A program made the position numbers and the translations under genes. A stretch of DNA of 64,000 nucleotides from the NCBI GenBank assembly GCA_964247055.1, contig OZ176050.1, forward strand, positions 1,798,001 to 1,862,000, in the 5' to 3' direction. The DNA comes from Paragordius varius. Its lineage: Eukaryota; Animalia; Nematomorpha. The notes under the pieces were generated by a model that saw nothing but the letters and a program-made list of their open reading frames with translations, ran no database searches and was not told where the DNA came from. Shown here one piece after another: positions 38,663-51,959 of this stretch (position 1 is its first letter; the number at the start of each line of letters is the position of its first letter).

Positions 38663-41600
38663 CAGTATGCATTTTAATGTATGTTAAGTAATTTTATTGC
38701 CTGGCAAAAAACATAAATGGTTTATCAAATGCGTAAAATACTGACCCACAAAATTATTTCGCAGTACACATATGAAAGTTGACGTGAGAATTAACATAGG
38801 CTTTAATTTGATGGATATTTTGTAATGTTAAATTTTGAGAATATTATAGGAATTTATGTTAACATTTGAAATATTGTTGATACGCATTTAGATGCGGAAT
38901 TTTGTGGGATTTTATCTTTGATAAATTAATAAATAGTAAAATACGTATTTTAAGATTTTTATATTTCCTAAATTTAATATTATATATTTTTCAACATGCT
39001 AAATATCTGTATTAAATAATATTGGTATTATAATTTAAAAACACAGGTAAATACATATTTGTGAAAAAATTAGATAGTATTTAGATATTTATGTCTTTTA
39101 TGTTTTGCATTGTTAATTATTGATAATTTTTAAGCATTTCAACATTTTAATAAGGTAAAAATTTCGGTTTTTAAATTTAGTCAAATTTATTTTTTTTTTG
39201 TTTTTTTATTTAATATTGTTATTTGTAATTAACTACTACATATTTTGGACGTTTTAATAATTACAGGTAAAAATTGCAGTTTTTAAGAAATATTGTAAAA
39301 TTTTAGTTTATTTTGTTTTTTTAGGTTTTTCATTGTTAATTGTAATTAAATACTACATATTTTGGACATTTGAATAAATACAGGTAAAAATTGTGGTTTT
39401 TAACAAATTTAGTTAAAATTTAGTTTTTTTTGTTTTTTTAGGTTTTTCATTGTTAATTGTAATTAATTACTATATATTTTGGACATTATGATAAATACAG
39501 GTAAAAATTACGGTTTTTAACAAATTTCAAATGTAACATTTTTTGTATTTTGTATCATTGTTATTTAATTAATTACTAAATATTTTGGACATTTAAAAAA
39601 CTGGTGTAAATTGCGGTTTTTAATAAATTAGTAAAATTTTAAATTTTTTGTTCAACCTTGCTAATTTATTTTGTCACTATATATTTGTGATACATTGAAG
39701 GTAAAAATTACTATGATTTGCGGTTTTTTACATTTTTTAAAATATTATTTATTGTTTTACATTCATAACTAATATATTAAATATAGTTAACATATCTGAG
39801 CAGGTAAAAATGCATGTTACGGTTTTATGTTTGACATTTTATTCCAAATCAACTATTTATATTTTAATAAACACCTTATGTCATTAAAGATTAAAAAGAT
39901 CAAAATATATATAACATCTTTTAAAATATCTGAATATCGCCAAATATAAATAAATTTATTTAAATTATAAATGTATAATTATACAAAATATTCATAATAT
40001 TATGTTTGAAATTAACATTCTTCTTATTGATATTAATACAGGTAATTTATTTATATATTGATCTACGATGCGGTGTGCGTTCATGATGATCATATAGATT
40101 GAATAATAGTCTGAGATGCAATAATTAAATGCAGATAATCCTGAAAATTTACCATAATTTTCTAGGTGGATTCTATCAACTAAAATATAAGATAATTAAT
40201 ATATTAGAAAATTGATACCTGGATTCTAGAAGTATTTTCAACATAATTTTAAATTTTGGGTAAACATTCAAAGTTTGAAAAGGGAACAAAAAAATATTTT
40301 CTTCATGATAAAAAATTCAAAAATGATTCTTTATTTTTTTTTATTATCCTAAACTATAAATATGAAAATGCTTATACGATTTTACCATACCAATGACGTC
40401 AAATAGAAAATAGAAACAAATATTTATTTTTAAAAGCTTTGAATTCAACAGCACTCCAAAAACTAAGCAAGGCAACACTAACATATAGTTTTTTATATTT
40501 ATAGTTTAGGATGGTAGAACGAAAAAAACATAAAGTATCATTTTTGAATTTTTTAATATGAAGAAAATATTTTTTTGCAAATTTAGTTGTTAAAAAGCCA
40601 AGTCAAGCTTATTGAGTTTCCTTTCAAACTTTGAATGTTTTAGCCCCCAATATTTAAAATTATGTTGAAAATATTTCTAGAATCCAGGTATCAATTTTCT
40701 AATATATTAATTATCTTATATTTTAGTTGATAGAATCCACCTAGAAAATTATGGTAAATTTTCAGGATTATCTGCATTTAATTATTGCATCTCAGACTAT
40801 TATTCAATCTATATGATCATCATGAACGCACACCGCATCGTAGATCAATATATAAATAAATTACCTTTATTAATATCAATAAGAAGAATGTTAATTTCAA
40901 ACATAATATTATGAATATTTTGTATAATTATACATTTATAATTTAAATAAATTTATTTATATTTGGCGATATTCAGATATTTTAAAAGATGTTTTATATA
41001 TTTTGATCTTTTTAATCTTTAATGACATAAGGTGTTTATTAAAATATAAATAGTTGATTTGGAATAAAATGTCAAACATAAAACCGTAACATGCATTTTT
41101 ACCTGCTCAGATATGTTAACTATATTTAATATATTAGTTATGAATGTAAAACAATAAATAATATTTTAAAAAATGTAAAAACCGCAAATCATAGTAATTT
41201 TTACCTTCAATGTATCACAAATATATAGTGACAAAATAAATTAGCAAGGTTGAACAAAAAATTTAAAATTTTACTAATTTATTAAAAACCGCAATTTACA
41301 CCAGTTTTTTAAATGTCCAAAATATTTAGTAATTAATTAAATAACAATGATACAAAATACAAAAAATGTTACATTTGAAATTTGTTAAAAACCGTAATTT
41401 TTTCCTGTATTTATCATAATGTCCAAAATATATAGTAATTAATTACAATTAACAATGAAAAACCTAAAAAAACAAAAAAAACTAAATTTTAACTAAATTT
41501 GTTAAAAACCACAATTTTTACCTGTATTTATTCAAATGTCCAAAATATGTAGTATTTAATTACAATTAACAATGAAAAACCTAAAAAAACAAAATAAACT

Positions 41601-42260
41601 AAAATTTTACAATATTTCTTAAAAACTGCAATTTTTACCTGTAATTATTAAAATGTCCAAAATATGTAGTAGTTAATTACAAATAACAATATTAAATAAA
41701 AAAACAAAAAAAAAATAAATTTGACTAAATTTAAAAACCGCAATTTTTACCTTATTTAAATGTTGAAATGCTTAAAAATTATCAATAATTAACAATGCAA
41801 AACATAAAAGACATAAATATCTAAATACTATCTAATTTTTTCACAAATATGTATTTACCTGTGTTTTTTTAATTAGTAATAACAACTAAATAAAATTATG
41901 ATACCAATATTAATTAATACAGATATTTAGCATGTTGAAAAATATATAATATTAAATTTAGGAAATATAAAAATCTTAAAATACGTATTTTACTATTTAT
42001 TAATTTATCAAAGATAAAATCCCACAAAACGCATCTAAATGCGTATCAACAATATTTCAAATGTTAACATAAATTCCTATAATATTCTCAAAATTTAACA
42101 TTACAAAATATCCATCAAATTAAAGCCTATATAATTCTCACGTCAATCCTCTTTCATATGTGTACTGCGAAATAATTTTGTGGGTCAGTATTTTACGCAT
42201 TTGATAAACCATTTATGTTTAGGCAATAAAATTACTTAACACACATTAAAATGCATACTG
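38663..42260. mobile_element. 3598-bp non-autonomous foldback DNA transposon (Tc1/mariner/pogo-like ends), ~1.7-kb inverted arms
   Basis: TA|CAGTATGCATTTTAATGT...ACATTAAAATGCATACTG|TA; the paralogous empty site at ~32380-32395 (TTTTTAAATGTCAAAC) has one TA; arms pair to ~40368/~40485; no ORF. Confidence 0.92.
39040..39830 (+). repeat. Degenerate ~100-117-bp tandem modules in the foldback arm (mirrored at ~41090-41860)
   Basis: Core CAGGTAAAAATT(G/A)(C/T)GGTTTTT recurs near 39150, 39263, 39380, 39497, 39601, 39698 and 39801. Confidence 0.8.
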
Positions 42261-42540
42261 TAAATGCCAAACATTAATATTGAAGTTATATTTATACTCT
42301 ATTGAAAATAACATTAATCTTTTTATTCTCTTCCTATCTTGTTTGATAATTACACCTCATATAGTAAAAAAACACAAATAGAAAATAGATTTCAATATAT
42401 ATTTATGGATTTATTTGGCCCATCATAATTTTCTAAATTGGTGACGAATTTAGATTATGGTTATTCTGTCTATCACTAATAATTTTTATAAAAAATTGGT
42501 AAATGATAGAAAATTATTTATGTTTAATATATAAAATTAA

Positions 42541-43110
42541 CACTTGGATACAACACATTCATTTTAGTCCTTTGATTCAAATTGGGGTAGTTTACCACAG
42601 GCCTGTTTAAAATAATTCTTTACAAAATATGGAACGAATCGAAACCATGGCAATATTTTGCACTTATATAACATTAATAAACCAAAATATATAAAAAAAT
42701 TTATTCAAAAATACTTGATATTACTTAGTTTAAGCTAAAACCAAAATATAAAAATTTAGTGAGCGTGACATGTCTGCAATGGTAAAATTGAAAAATAATA
42801 TAAAATAAACCGCTTTTTCTATTTCTATCCATGTTAGATGTAAAATAAAAAATTAGCTTTAATTTTACCCTTAAAATTAAATGGGACGATATTTTGCAAA
42901 AATTTTGTAAAATAAAAATGGCGTCGAAGTAGTTTGATGTGAAACTTTTTTTCGAAACCAAATTTTATTTAAATATTTTTGCTTATTTATATAATTTTTA
43001 TTAGGATAGACTCATAAATATAAATAGGGACCGTTTCTTTCAGTAGTTTTTTATAAATCCTGACTTAAATTTAGTCTGGGTATTTGGATACCCCAATTTG
43101 AATCTAAGTG
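42541..43110 (-). mobile_element. piggyBac-like MITE, copy 2
   Basis: TTAA at 42537-42540 and 43111-43114; CAC/GTG ends; inverse of 33519-34051; absent from backbone copy 1. Confidence 0.78.
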
Positions 43111-43959
43111 TTAATATAAAACTTATTTGTAAATTAATGTACCTATAATTTGATAAATATTGCACATTGCAAATTGGGCACGACGTAACACTTGGCTATC
43201 TATTTTGCTCTTTTAAAAATATAGTGCAGGCCTTTACTTAACACTGTTTGAAATTTGCAATTTGATTAGACTGAAATAAATAATCATAATTAGCTCAAAA
43301 GTTTCGAAAATTTTTTTTGATGTTTATCAACAACTATATATAGCATAATTTTGCCCTCTGTGTTAAAATTGTGTTTGGATAATTAGAGATATAAACTTCT
43401 TATAGGCTACTCTATGTAACCTTTAACCTAAAACAAATGGCTTCGCGGGCCGTATTTGAAATATATATATATATATATATATATGGACATCATTAATATT
43501 TATACCTAAAACCGCAAATATCAAACATATAATAATTTTTTCTAGTTCTTGCAAATTGAAAAGACTTATTAGGCAGTGTTGGACACCCCAGTTTAAATTA
43601 TTTTGCATTGTGAAAAAACATTTTGTTTTTTATTAACAATAATTTTTACACACCTTATGGTATTGTTAATTTTTAATGATATTTACCTTTTGGACATCTC
43701 GTTTCGTTGAAGTTCGGTTGTATTAACAAAAATAGGGAATGTTAAGGATTATTCTTGGTTATCTGCGCCAAATGTGGCCCATGTAAGCATATACACAATC
43801 CCTAAAAAATAAAATATATATTAAAATCTTTCAGGGTTTTCAGGTACTTTTGGTTTCGGGCCTACAAGTGATATTATAAAGTTATTAAAATTTTGTGGTA
43901 AGAGAACTATATAATAAATGGCGAATTCTGAGCCCTATTTTGTAATAAATTTTTAATCT

Positions 43960-44520
43960 ATAAAAAGCCAAATGTTTTTAAAAAATTATTAGATGTGGGC
44001 TCCAAGAGTGGCAAAATTTTGTTCTCTAAAATAGGCTAGTTTTCTGAAAATAAACGCGGAAATGCCGATATTGCGCAATAAAAAAATAAAATAAAACTAA
44101 ATTTTGTCAACTATAAATATCTATAAAATGAATATGTTTTTTTATAAAATTTTTAGCAAAATTTGGTTGAAGCGTATTTTATACTATTTTGAGGCAAAAC
44201 GGTTTCAGAACAGAATATTTTAACCTTTATTGAAGTAATAGTGTTCATCATTAGCAAATTATGTGGAAAAATTTTTTCTTAAAGCGTTTTATACCGTTTT
44301 CAGTAAGTCTCAAACTAGTATAAAGTAGGCTTCAACAAAATAAATTTGAAAGTTTACATTTTTATATTCAACTGAGTTGATATCAAAATTTAGCAAAAAA
44401 AACTTTTAGCGCGCAATCCCCGCATTTTTGCATTTATATTAAAATGACCAGCCCTTATTTGAGGAAAAAATAATTTTTGCTTTTGTAATTTAATTTTACC
44501 CAAAAAAAACATTTATTACA
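43960..44520. repeat. Old degenerate palindromic element, arms ~250 bp, centre ~44250
   Basis: TTGAAGCGTATTTTTATACTATTTTGAGGCAAAACGG (~44168) pairs with CCGTTTT..CTCAAACTAGTATAAAGTAGGCTTCAAC (~44294); CGCGGAAATGCCGATATTGCGC pairs with GCGCAATCCCCGCATTTTTGC; ~70% identity; ends uncertain. Confidence 0.55.
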
Positions 44521-44604
44521 GTAGTATTACTCTAAACTCTGGAGTCAAAGTCTATTCCAATCGAAATCTCGGACAAAAAAGACAAACCAAGTGAAGTGAA
44601 TTAA

Positions 44605-44915
44605 AAAGAAGTATTTAACCTGAGTTCCTGATATTTCATGTGGTGGATCTAATAAGCAATGTTAATTTTAAATTATAATGTTTACATTGACGTTTGTATT
44701 TTTTGTTCGCGATTATATTGTGGGTTAGATTTTGACCCCAGAGCTTACAATAAAATTAAATTATTTAACCCTCATAAATTAATTTTTTACAGCTTAAGTT
44801 ATAGATTCAGAAATTCAGATAGCAAACAGCTATATTATGATCTAAATTTTATATTTATTTTTAGATCCACTTAATGAACTGTCGGGAAGTCTAGGTGATA
44901 TTAAATACATCTTTG
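44605..44915. mobile_element. Degenerate MITE with ~50-bp TIRs
   Basis: GTGGATCTAA (~44644) and TTAGATCCAC (~44861), with flanking partial complementarity out to AAGAAGTATTTAACC / GATATTAAATACATCTT. Confidence 0.5.
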
Positions 44916-47053
44916 TATAGTTAGCAAAATTATATAAATAATAAAATGATTACTTCATTTTTCGTTATCAACATTTTTTTGAGGGCAAAAATATAGTATC
45001 TAACAATTTGAAAATTAAATCGATTTTCGATCAAGCATTATAAAATTTTGTTTGGAATTAATTATGAAACAATAAATTTTAAAACTATTATTACCTTTTG
45101 GGCAACGACATATCGTATAGGTTTGTATCGTTCCAAATATGAAAAAGAATTATAAATATAGATGAGTTTGGGTTTCGTTTTTCTTTTAAAGAATAAGAAG
45201 TCTAATTATATCAGAAAAAAATGAAAATTTGTATTTTATCAGAACTTTGAAAGCCTGACACTCGCTTGGCAAGGGCTGACATCGACATTTATATTATCTC
45301 AAAAATATAAAATTTATTATTTTCATCATTAAAATATGAAAAAATATATTTTTACAATATAAACCCGAAAATTGCATATATACCTGCTTTTAGTACTCAT
45401 ATCAAATATTTTAACATTAAAAACTAATTTGATACAAATCGTAGATAAAATTATTAATGTAGGAAAACACCTGTTACCTTTTCGATAAAACAAAATTATT
45501 ATATGATAAACATTTAAAATAAATTCAAACAAAAAGATAGGATTTTGAATTAAAGTGACCACCACTAGATGACATTAGCATCTAAGTTATCAAAAAATAT
45601 ATATAAAAATTAATAATAATGTACTGAACATAAATGTCAATAACTGCATATGCCAAATTTTAAATACATTCATTATAAAATCAAATGATTTTTATAAACT
45701 AATTTACAAAAAAATAACCAATTTTACAAAAAAGAACAAAAAATGCAAAGTACATTTATTATTTAATTAAACATTAAGATTAATATTACTGGAATAAAAA
45801 AAGCTTAGAGCAAATATAAAAAACCAAAATGATCCAAATATTATTATCATCCTTAAAATGGCGCAAAAATTATATAGCGAGGTAGACTAAAATCTATGGT
45901 TATTCAAATGAACTTGCTCCTTTCTGTGTACTTTAAAATAATAATATTGGCCGGTTTCTTTCATTTGCATTTTTACCATTAGGCCACAATAATATGAGTA
46001 ATTATATAGCAATTATAAAAAAAATCTATATTCTGATTTTCAAGACGATTTTTAGTAATTAGTGTTAATTTTCCCACAGAATCAACATTTTTAATATAAC
46101 ATATTTATATTTATTACATTCAATTGGACAAACCTATGGATTTTTTCACTTATAAAATGAATTATAAGCTTATCTCAGGACTAAATTTGTTTTTATAATT
46201 TTAATTATAATAAATAACTTCTTTTGGCCAATATGCCTTTTGTATTATTATCATATATTAAAACCATCTTATTATAATGCTTATACCATATTTAAATTAA
46301 TTATTTATTTTCCTTAGGCGCTTACCATTTATCCGTTTAATAACAAATTTGAATTAAACATTAAAATTATATGAAAGTGACATCCATTAGTTAATTTCAA
46401 ATAAAGTATTGAAAAGAATGATAAATATTTCAAAATGTAATAGAGGCGTTAAAGGTTAAGTATTCTGAAAATTTCAAAAACATTTAAATTGTATTAATAT
46501 GAATTGCTATAGGTAGGACACAAATTTAAAAAGTTTTAATATCTACATTTTGTTATAGAAGCGATGTAGCCTTCATTTATAAAGGAAAGGTTTTAAAAAA
46601 TCTTGTTTGGTTGGAGGATATATTGAAAATCATGTTAAAATGATAAAAAATGGCATGTGCATATAGTCACTTAAGGATTACGAAATATGATATGATGATG
46701 TCTTAAAAGATACCTAAATCATTAAAACAAATTGGAGAACGCAAAAACGTTTCTTTTTTACAAAATTATAAATTTTATGCCAATAAAATTAATGCTAATA
46801 TATATCTATGATATAATCATTTACTAAAATCCATCACAAAAAGGATTTGACAGTTATAAAAATATTTGATTTAGAGTTCCAAAATTACAAATCACTATGT
46901 AACAGAATACGAACAATAATTTAATAATTTGAATTTAAACGTTTTATACATAATAATACAATTCAAATATATGATAGTATATAATGAGATAATACACTAA
47001 CATTATTGTTTACTAGTATATTGATACAGTTAAAAACAGAAACAATATTTAAA

Positions 47054-47541
47054 CGCTTGGATACAACCACATTCATTTCAGTATTTTGATTCGAATTGCG
47101 TCCTGGTACACTAGGTATAAAAGTATGTAACTTAAAACCGTTACGAAAATTCGCTCTCATATAAGATTGACAAACCGAAACATAAAATCAGAATTATTTT
47201 AAACTTTATATTATGTATTTTATAGAAAAATCTGGAATTAAAAATTTAGCCAAAATAACATATGTGCCATAGCGTGATAAAAAAAATAATAAAAAAATCA
47301 TGTCTTAGAGGTGTTGATAAAATAGCTTTATTTTTAGCGTTATAATAAAAAATATATTAAAAATACTGTGAAATAAAATGGGAAGTTTGAGGAGCTTTTT
47401 TTAAACTAAATTTTTATTTTAGATTATTTATTTAATAGTTACAATAAATTTATATTAAAACCGCTCCTATCAGTGGGATTTTTTTAAAAAAATTAATCTT
47501 GATTAGGCCGGTCACTAGTACCACAATTTGAATCAAAGTTG
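47054..47541 (-). mobile_element. piggyBac-like MITE, older diverged copy
   Basis: CTTGGATACAACCACATTCATTTCAGTATTTTGATTCGAATTG matches the long end of 42541; CCACAATTTGAATCAAAGT matches the short end; interior blocks colinear. Confidence 0.55.
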
Positions 47542-48439
47542 TAAGACTGTCTGCCACTGATGGAGCCATCTTACTAATTAGTGACGGTTTCTCTTGAAAT
47601 ATTTTCTAATTATGCGTTTTTAATGAATGATATGGCACGTAGAGAATAAAATATTTATAAATAAATTTCATCGTTTGAACACTTAAAAACCATCGTCAAG
47701 CATCCTTGTTAGTACATAATACCATAGCAATACTCCACTTTAAAATATTCTTTGCCCCAAAACCTAAATCGTCAATTAAAATAGCATTGTAACCAAAATA
47801 TTTTTTTAATAAAATCTTGATACCAGTTATAAAGTATTAGCCATATTTTTGAGTTTTTGCAAAATCGCTTATCAAACTAATAAATTATTTATAAAATTCA
47901 GATACCAAAGTCAAGTTCATTATATTGTTTTTTGAAAAATGGTTCAATATAAATTAAAGGTTTGACATTTAGAGAGGAAAAAACCAAAAGAATTATTTAT
48001 ATATAAGTTAAATCATTGGCCTTTAGATAAAGCTAATTAATTAATCTCCATTAAAATTATCAGGTGAAATCCATTTAAGAATATATAAATATATATTAAT
48101 TTTACGAATATCAACCGAAAATCATATAAATATTACACAGGTGTTTGGGCAGTCATCATTTATACATTCAAAATTTTAATTCAATACCTTATCTGCATGA
48201 TAAATGCAAAGACAGTGTCAAATTATGGAAATAATTTAGCCACTTTAAATTAACGATAGAGAGATGTCATTTAGTTACAACATTATTATTTTGTTAATGG
48301 AATTAACATTTTTAATATATTATAGGGCAACCAATGTTATATTGAAGTTTTTAAAACTTGCAATAAAAATATTACTAAAAAAAGGATTTATTACCAAATT
48401 GGTCGTGTAGAAATTTAATGAATGATATAATTCTTTTAA

Positions 48440-48780
48440 GATTTAGGAATTAAAAACAACTATTCAAAGGGAAAAATAATATAAAGCGATGAAAAAAATT
48501 CATGTTCAAAACTAGTCACGTAAAGAATGGCGTGTTATTTATAAACCAAACTAATTTGTATGTTACGAAAATGTACGGCTTCAAAATTAAAGAGAATTCA
48601 AAAAACTTCTTAGTAATTTACATGTCCGTTTTATATATGATTTATTGGAGGTCAACAAAATTTATATAAAAAACGATTTAACATTTATAATACATCACAT
48701 ATATGTTTGAAATTTATTAATTAACTATTTATCTTATCAACAATAATAAAAAAATTATAAAATAGATTTTTTTAGTATCA
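48440..48780 (+). repeat. Dispersed repeat, paralogue at ~63395-63785
   Basis: Shared AAAAACAACTATTCAAA, AATATAAAGCGA, TTTATAAACCAAACTAATTTG-ATGTTA-GAAAAT-TACGGCTT and TTATCAACAA. Confidence 0.7.
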
Positions 48781-49025
48781 GACTTTAATTTTTATACAAA
48801 GCTTTTTATAATAAAAGGTTGGGTTTCTGTCATTCTTAGGTATATAAATTTAATCCAACACAGTTCTCGAAAATCGACTGTTGCGTATTCAGTTAACTTT
48901 ATTAAATAGCTTTTATAATTACATTCATTTAAGCATTTTAATGAAATTCTGATTGAATTTGAAACCATTGCCATATATTTATAAAAAGATTATCAAATGA
49001 TACTCTCATAGGCTTTAATGACTTA

Positions 49026-49358
49026 TAACAGTTGTTAAAATCCGTAAGATAACGATAAAGGAAAATTAAATAGAATTAAATGAAGTATAAATAGAAATTA
49101 TAAACGATATGTGAAACCCTTCGTCAATAGTAATCGCAGACTAGTTTCGTGCTTGTTAGCCTTCATCAGTACGACACAACTATTTGACTTGGGGTTTTCA
49201 CTATCGATTTCGTATATATATCCAACTTTGCAATTTTGGTATAAATGCAGTTGATTATACGAAAGGGTTTCACATATCGTTTATAATTTCTATTTATACT
49301 TCATTTAATTCTATTTAATTTTCCTTTATCGTTATCTTACGGATTTAAACAACTGTTA
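49026..49358. mobile_element. MITE with ~95-bp near-perfect TIRs
   Basis: TAACAGTTGTTAAAATCCGTAAGATAAC...GAAACCCTTCG mirrored by CGAAAGGGTTTC...GTTATCTTACGGATTTAAACAACTGTTA; TSD ambiguous (TTA or TA). Confidence 0.85.
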
Positions 49359-49695
49359 TTACAAAACATAACCAATCCGTTATTTACCATTTAAAGACTT
49401 ATGTTTGGACAAAATTTTTTAGGATAATTAGGACGTGTATTCCATGTGAACTTTAAGCAATAGGACTGATAGGCAAAGACCTTATTGTAAACCATCAAAA
49501 TGCATCATAACTTTAAAGGTTAATAACACTATAAACATCCTCCTTCAAATAACAATATCCCACATAATTCCTTTGACGAGGGTAGAACACAAAATTGATA
49601 AAATCACATACAATGTTGGGCAAAATTTTTACGATCCTGCCTTCTTTTTACAATTGACGTCTTTGCAAATCACTACTTTAGTTTTTCTTTTAACA

Positions 49696-49726
<31 letters not shown>

Positions 49727-49730
49727 TATC

Positions 49731-50112
49731 ATTTACAGTTCAAATTCACCCTTAAACAATTCAAATTCACTCTTTAACAATTCAAATTCACCTTTAAACA
49801 GCTCAAATTCACCCTCGAACAATTCAAATTCACCCTCAAATAAATAACATGTTTTTTAAGATTAAAAATTACCTATATTTTTATGTATTTTTTAAAAAAT
49901 ATAATTTTGTTTTAAATTATAATAATACTGAAAAAATTAAATTATGCCATAAACATATATTTTTTATAATTAATGAGTTATATTAGTTCGAAAACACATA
50001 ATTTATTTTTAGGGTGAATTTGAATTGTTCGAGGGTGAATTCGAATTGTTCAAGGGTGAATTTGAATTGTTCGAGAGTGAATTTGAATTGTTCAAGGGTG
50101 AATTTGAACTGT

Positions 50113-50116
<4 letters not shown>
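49731..50116. mobile_element. TIR element whose arms are 5 x 21-bp repeats, embedded in (TA)n
   Basis: ATTTACAGTTCAAATTCACCC... / ...GGGTGAATTTGAACTGTAAAT; unit CAAATTCACCCTTAAACAATT; (TA)n at ~49696-49729 and ~50117-50150. Confidence 0.8.
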
Positions 50117-50152
<36 letters not shown>

Positions 50153-50569
50153 AATTACAAATTTAATTATTAAACGTTGAATTTAAAATAGCAATTTTAA
50201 ATTAAGAGTCAAACATTACTTTATATTTACTTTGGAATTTTATTCCTATATTTTTTTTCCCTTTCAAGTTTCATATAATACTAGAAAGGCATAAAATTAA
50301 AATCAAATCTCCATTTTTTGCGTCGTCCAACTACCACCGATAAATAAATCATAATCTCATAATCACGGTTAAAAATTTCTGTTTATTTTGTTCTGTAGTT
50401 TGTTCTGTAGATATCTAATTTAGATATAGTTCATTAGCTTTTAATTATTAAGATATCTTTTAAGTTATTACTTAGTTTGTATTGGTTCCATACTGCCACA
50501 AGTATGGTGAATAAAATCCCGGCAAACTAGTTCATAAAAATATAGAAAATTTAGATGAAAAATACGTAT

Positions 50570-50740
50570 AGCAGGGTTGAAATGAAGAAAAAAAGATCTA
50601 ATAGTAAAGAACAATGCAAAGAATCCATTAGATATTTTGGGTATCAGTGAAATCCATTACAAGGGCAATGGTTTTTATGTAATAAAAAAATTGTTATTAT
50701 ATGTCGGGACAATGAAACAAGGGGGTGGGAGTTGGTGTAA
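50570..50740 (+). pseudogene. Decayed RTE-type LINE endonuclease fragment
   Basis: 50631-50672 translates DILGISEIHYKGNG, then a GVG-like motif at ~50721-50738; compare VLGLSETH...GCGF in 57976-58440. Confidence 0.65.
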
Positions 50741-51959
50741 ATAACACTAGTCGACAAATTTGGACATTTTTAAGCACCACCACTCAAACCTTTTAAATTA
50801 TGACTAATTTCAGTGTTTTAAAACCGAATTTGAAAAAAAATTTGATCCCGCCAAACAGAATTTTGAAATTTTATAGGTTTTTTAATTTTTCAAAAACAAG
50901 AGAAAATTAAATATAACTTTATAATATAATGTTATTATATTATAAACTTAATATCATTTAATAAAGCGTTCGTTTTAAACTCTATCTTTTGAATATAATT
51001 ATGTCATTTAAATATCAGAGAGAAAAAAATAGTACGGACTTAAACGTCAAAACTTAGTCTTTTTTCAAGTAAATTTTTAACACATATAAAAAATTTTAAA
51101 AAAATACTAAAAAAGGCATTATGTTTTAAACCTTCGGCTTTCAGATAGGCTATATTTTTTTGTTAAATTTCGTTCTTTCGAGTACCTATTAGACTTTTTC
51201 TCTTGAGTTGTTCTTATAAAAAATCCTTAATTTATACCTAGTGGATATACCTTATTTTCTTAAAATTATTGGTTGTTTTGTATTTTGAATTTCAGATGGA
51301 TGTTGTGTAGCCACTTTTAGTAGAATTTACTGTTATGGGGTTGGACCATTTGTATTTACCTAATTTATATTCAATTTAATTGTAGAATTTATCTAACTTT
51401 ATTCTGTGAATTGGTAAATTTGACATGTCAATTTGCATGAATTTTGCTTGAAAGTCTCTCTTATCAGGCTTTACGATGACTTAGTTATTTTTGCCATATC
51501 TGGCATAATTATAGGATCGCTTGGGGGATATGCAGAGCTTGTGCAGCCGCCCATATCTATCACACTATACATAAGCCCCTTTTAGATTTTTAATACTTTG
51601 GCTCTTAGCTTGTTTAGTATCTTATCTTTAATTTGTTTACACTCTAAAAAATTGTACGCTATAATTATGCGTTTAAGATTATCCTTACGGAATATATTAG
51701 TAATTAAATTTTGCGCGTTTTTTCCATTGTATTTAATTTTTGACCCAATGGACGACATGAATGCGATTTTTGATTACAGCAAATAATGGAAAATTTGATT
51801 TAAATTTTGAAGCCTTTAACTATCAAATACGATCCAAAAAATTTATATTTTTTGCTGCAGTCGTATTCCACAGCGCTCCTAATGTTTTTCATTGATCATT
51901 GATTAACCCAATTATATTTTCTATGTTTCTTATAAAATAAAATTAACTAAAAATCTCAC

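Larger units (their letters stand above)
38362..43219 (+). repeat. Backbone repeat copy 2, carrying the foldback element and a MITE
   Basis: 38362-38662, 42261-42540 and 43111-43219 match 32065-32660 and 33255-33345 in order. Confidence 0.85.

Noticed and set aside
47460-47575. Separate MITE from CTCCTATCAGTGG / CCACTGATGGAG
   Set aside because: Only ~12 bp, the left half lies inside the old piggyBac-like copy, and there is no TSD.
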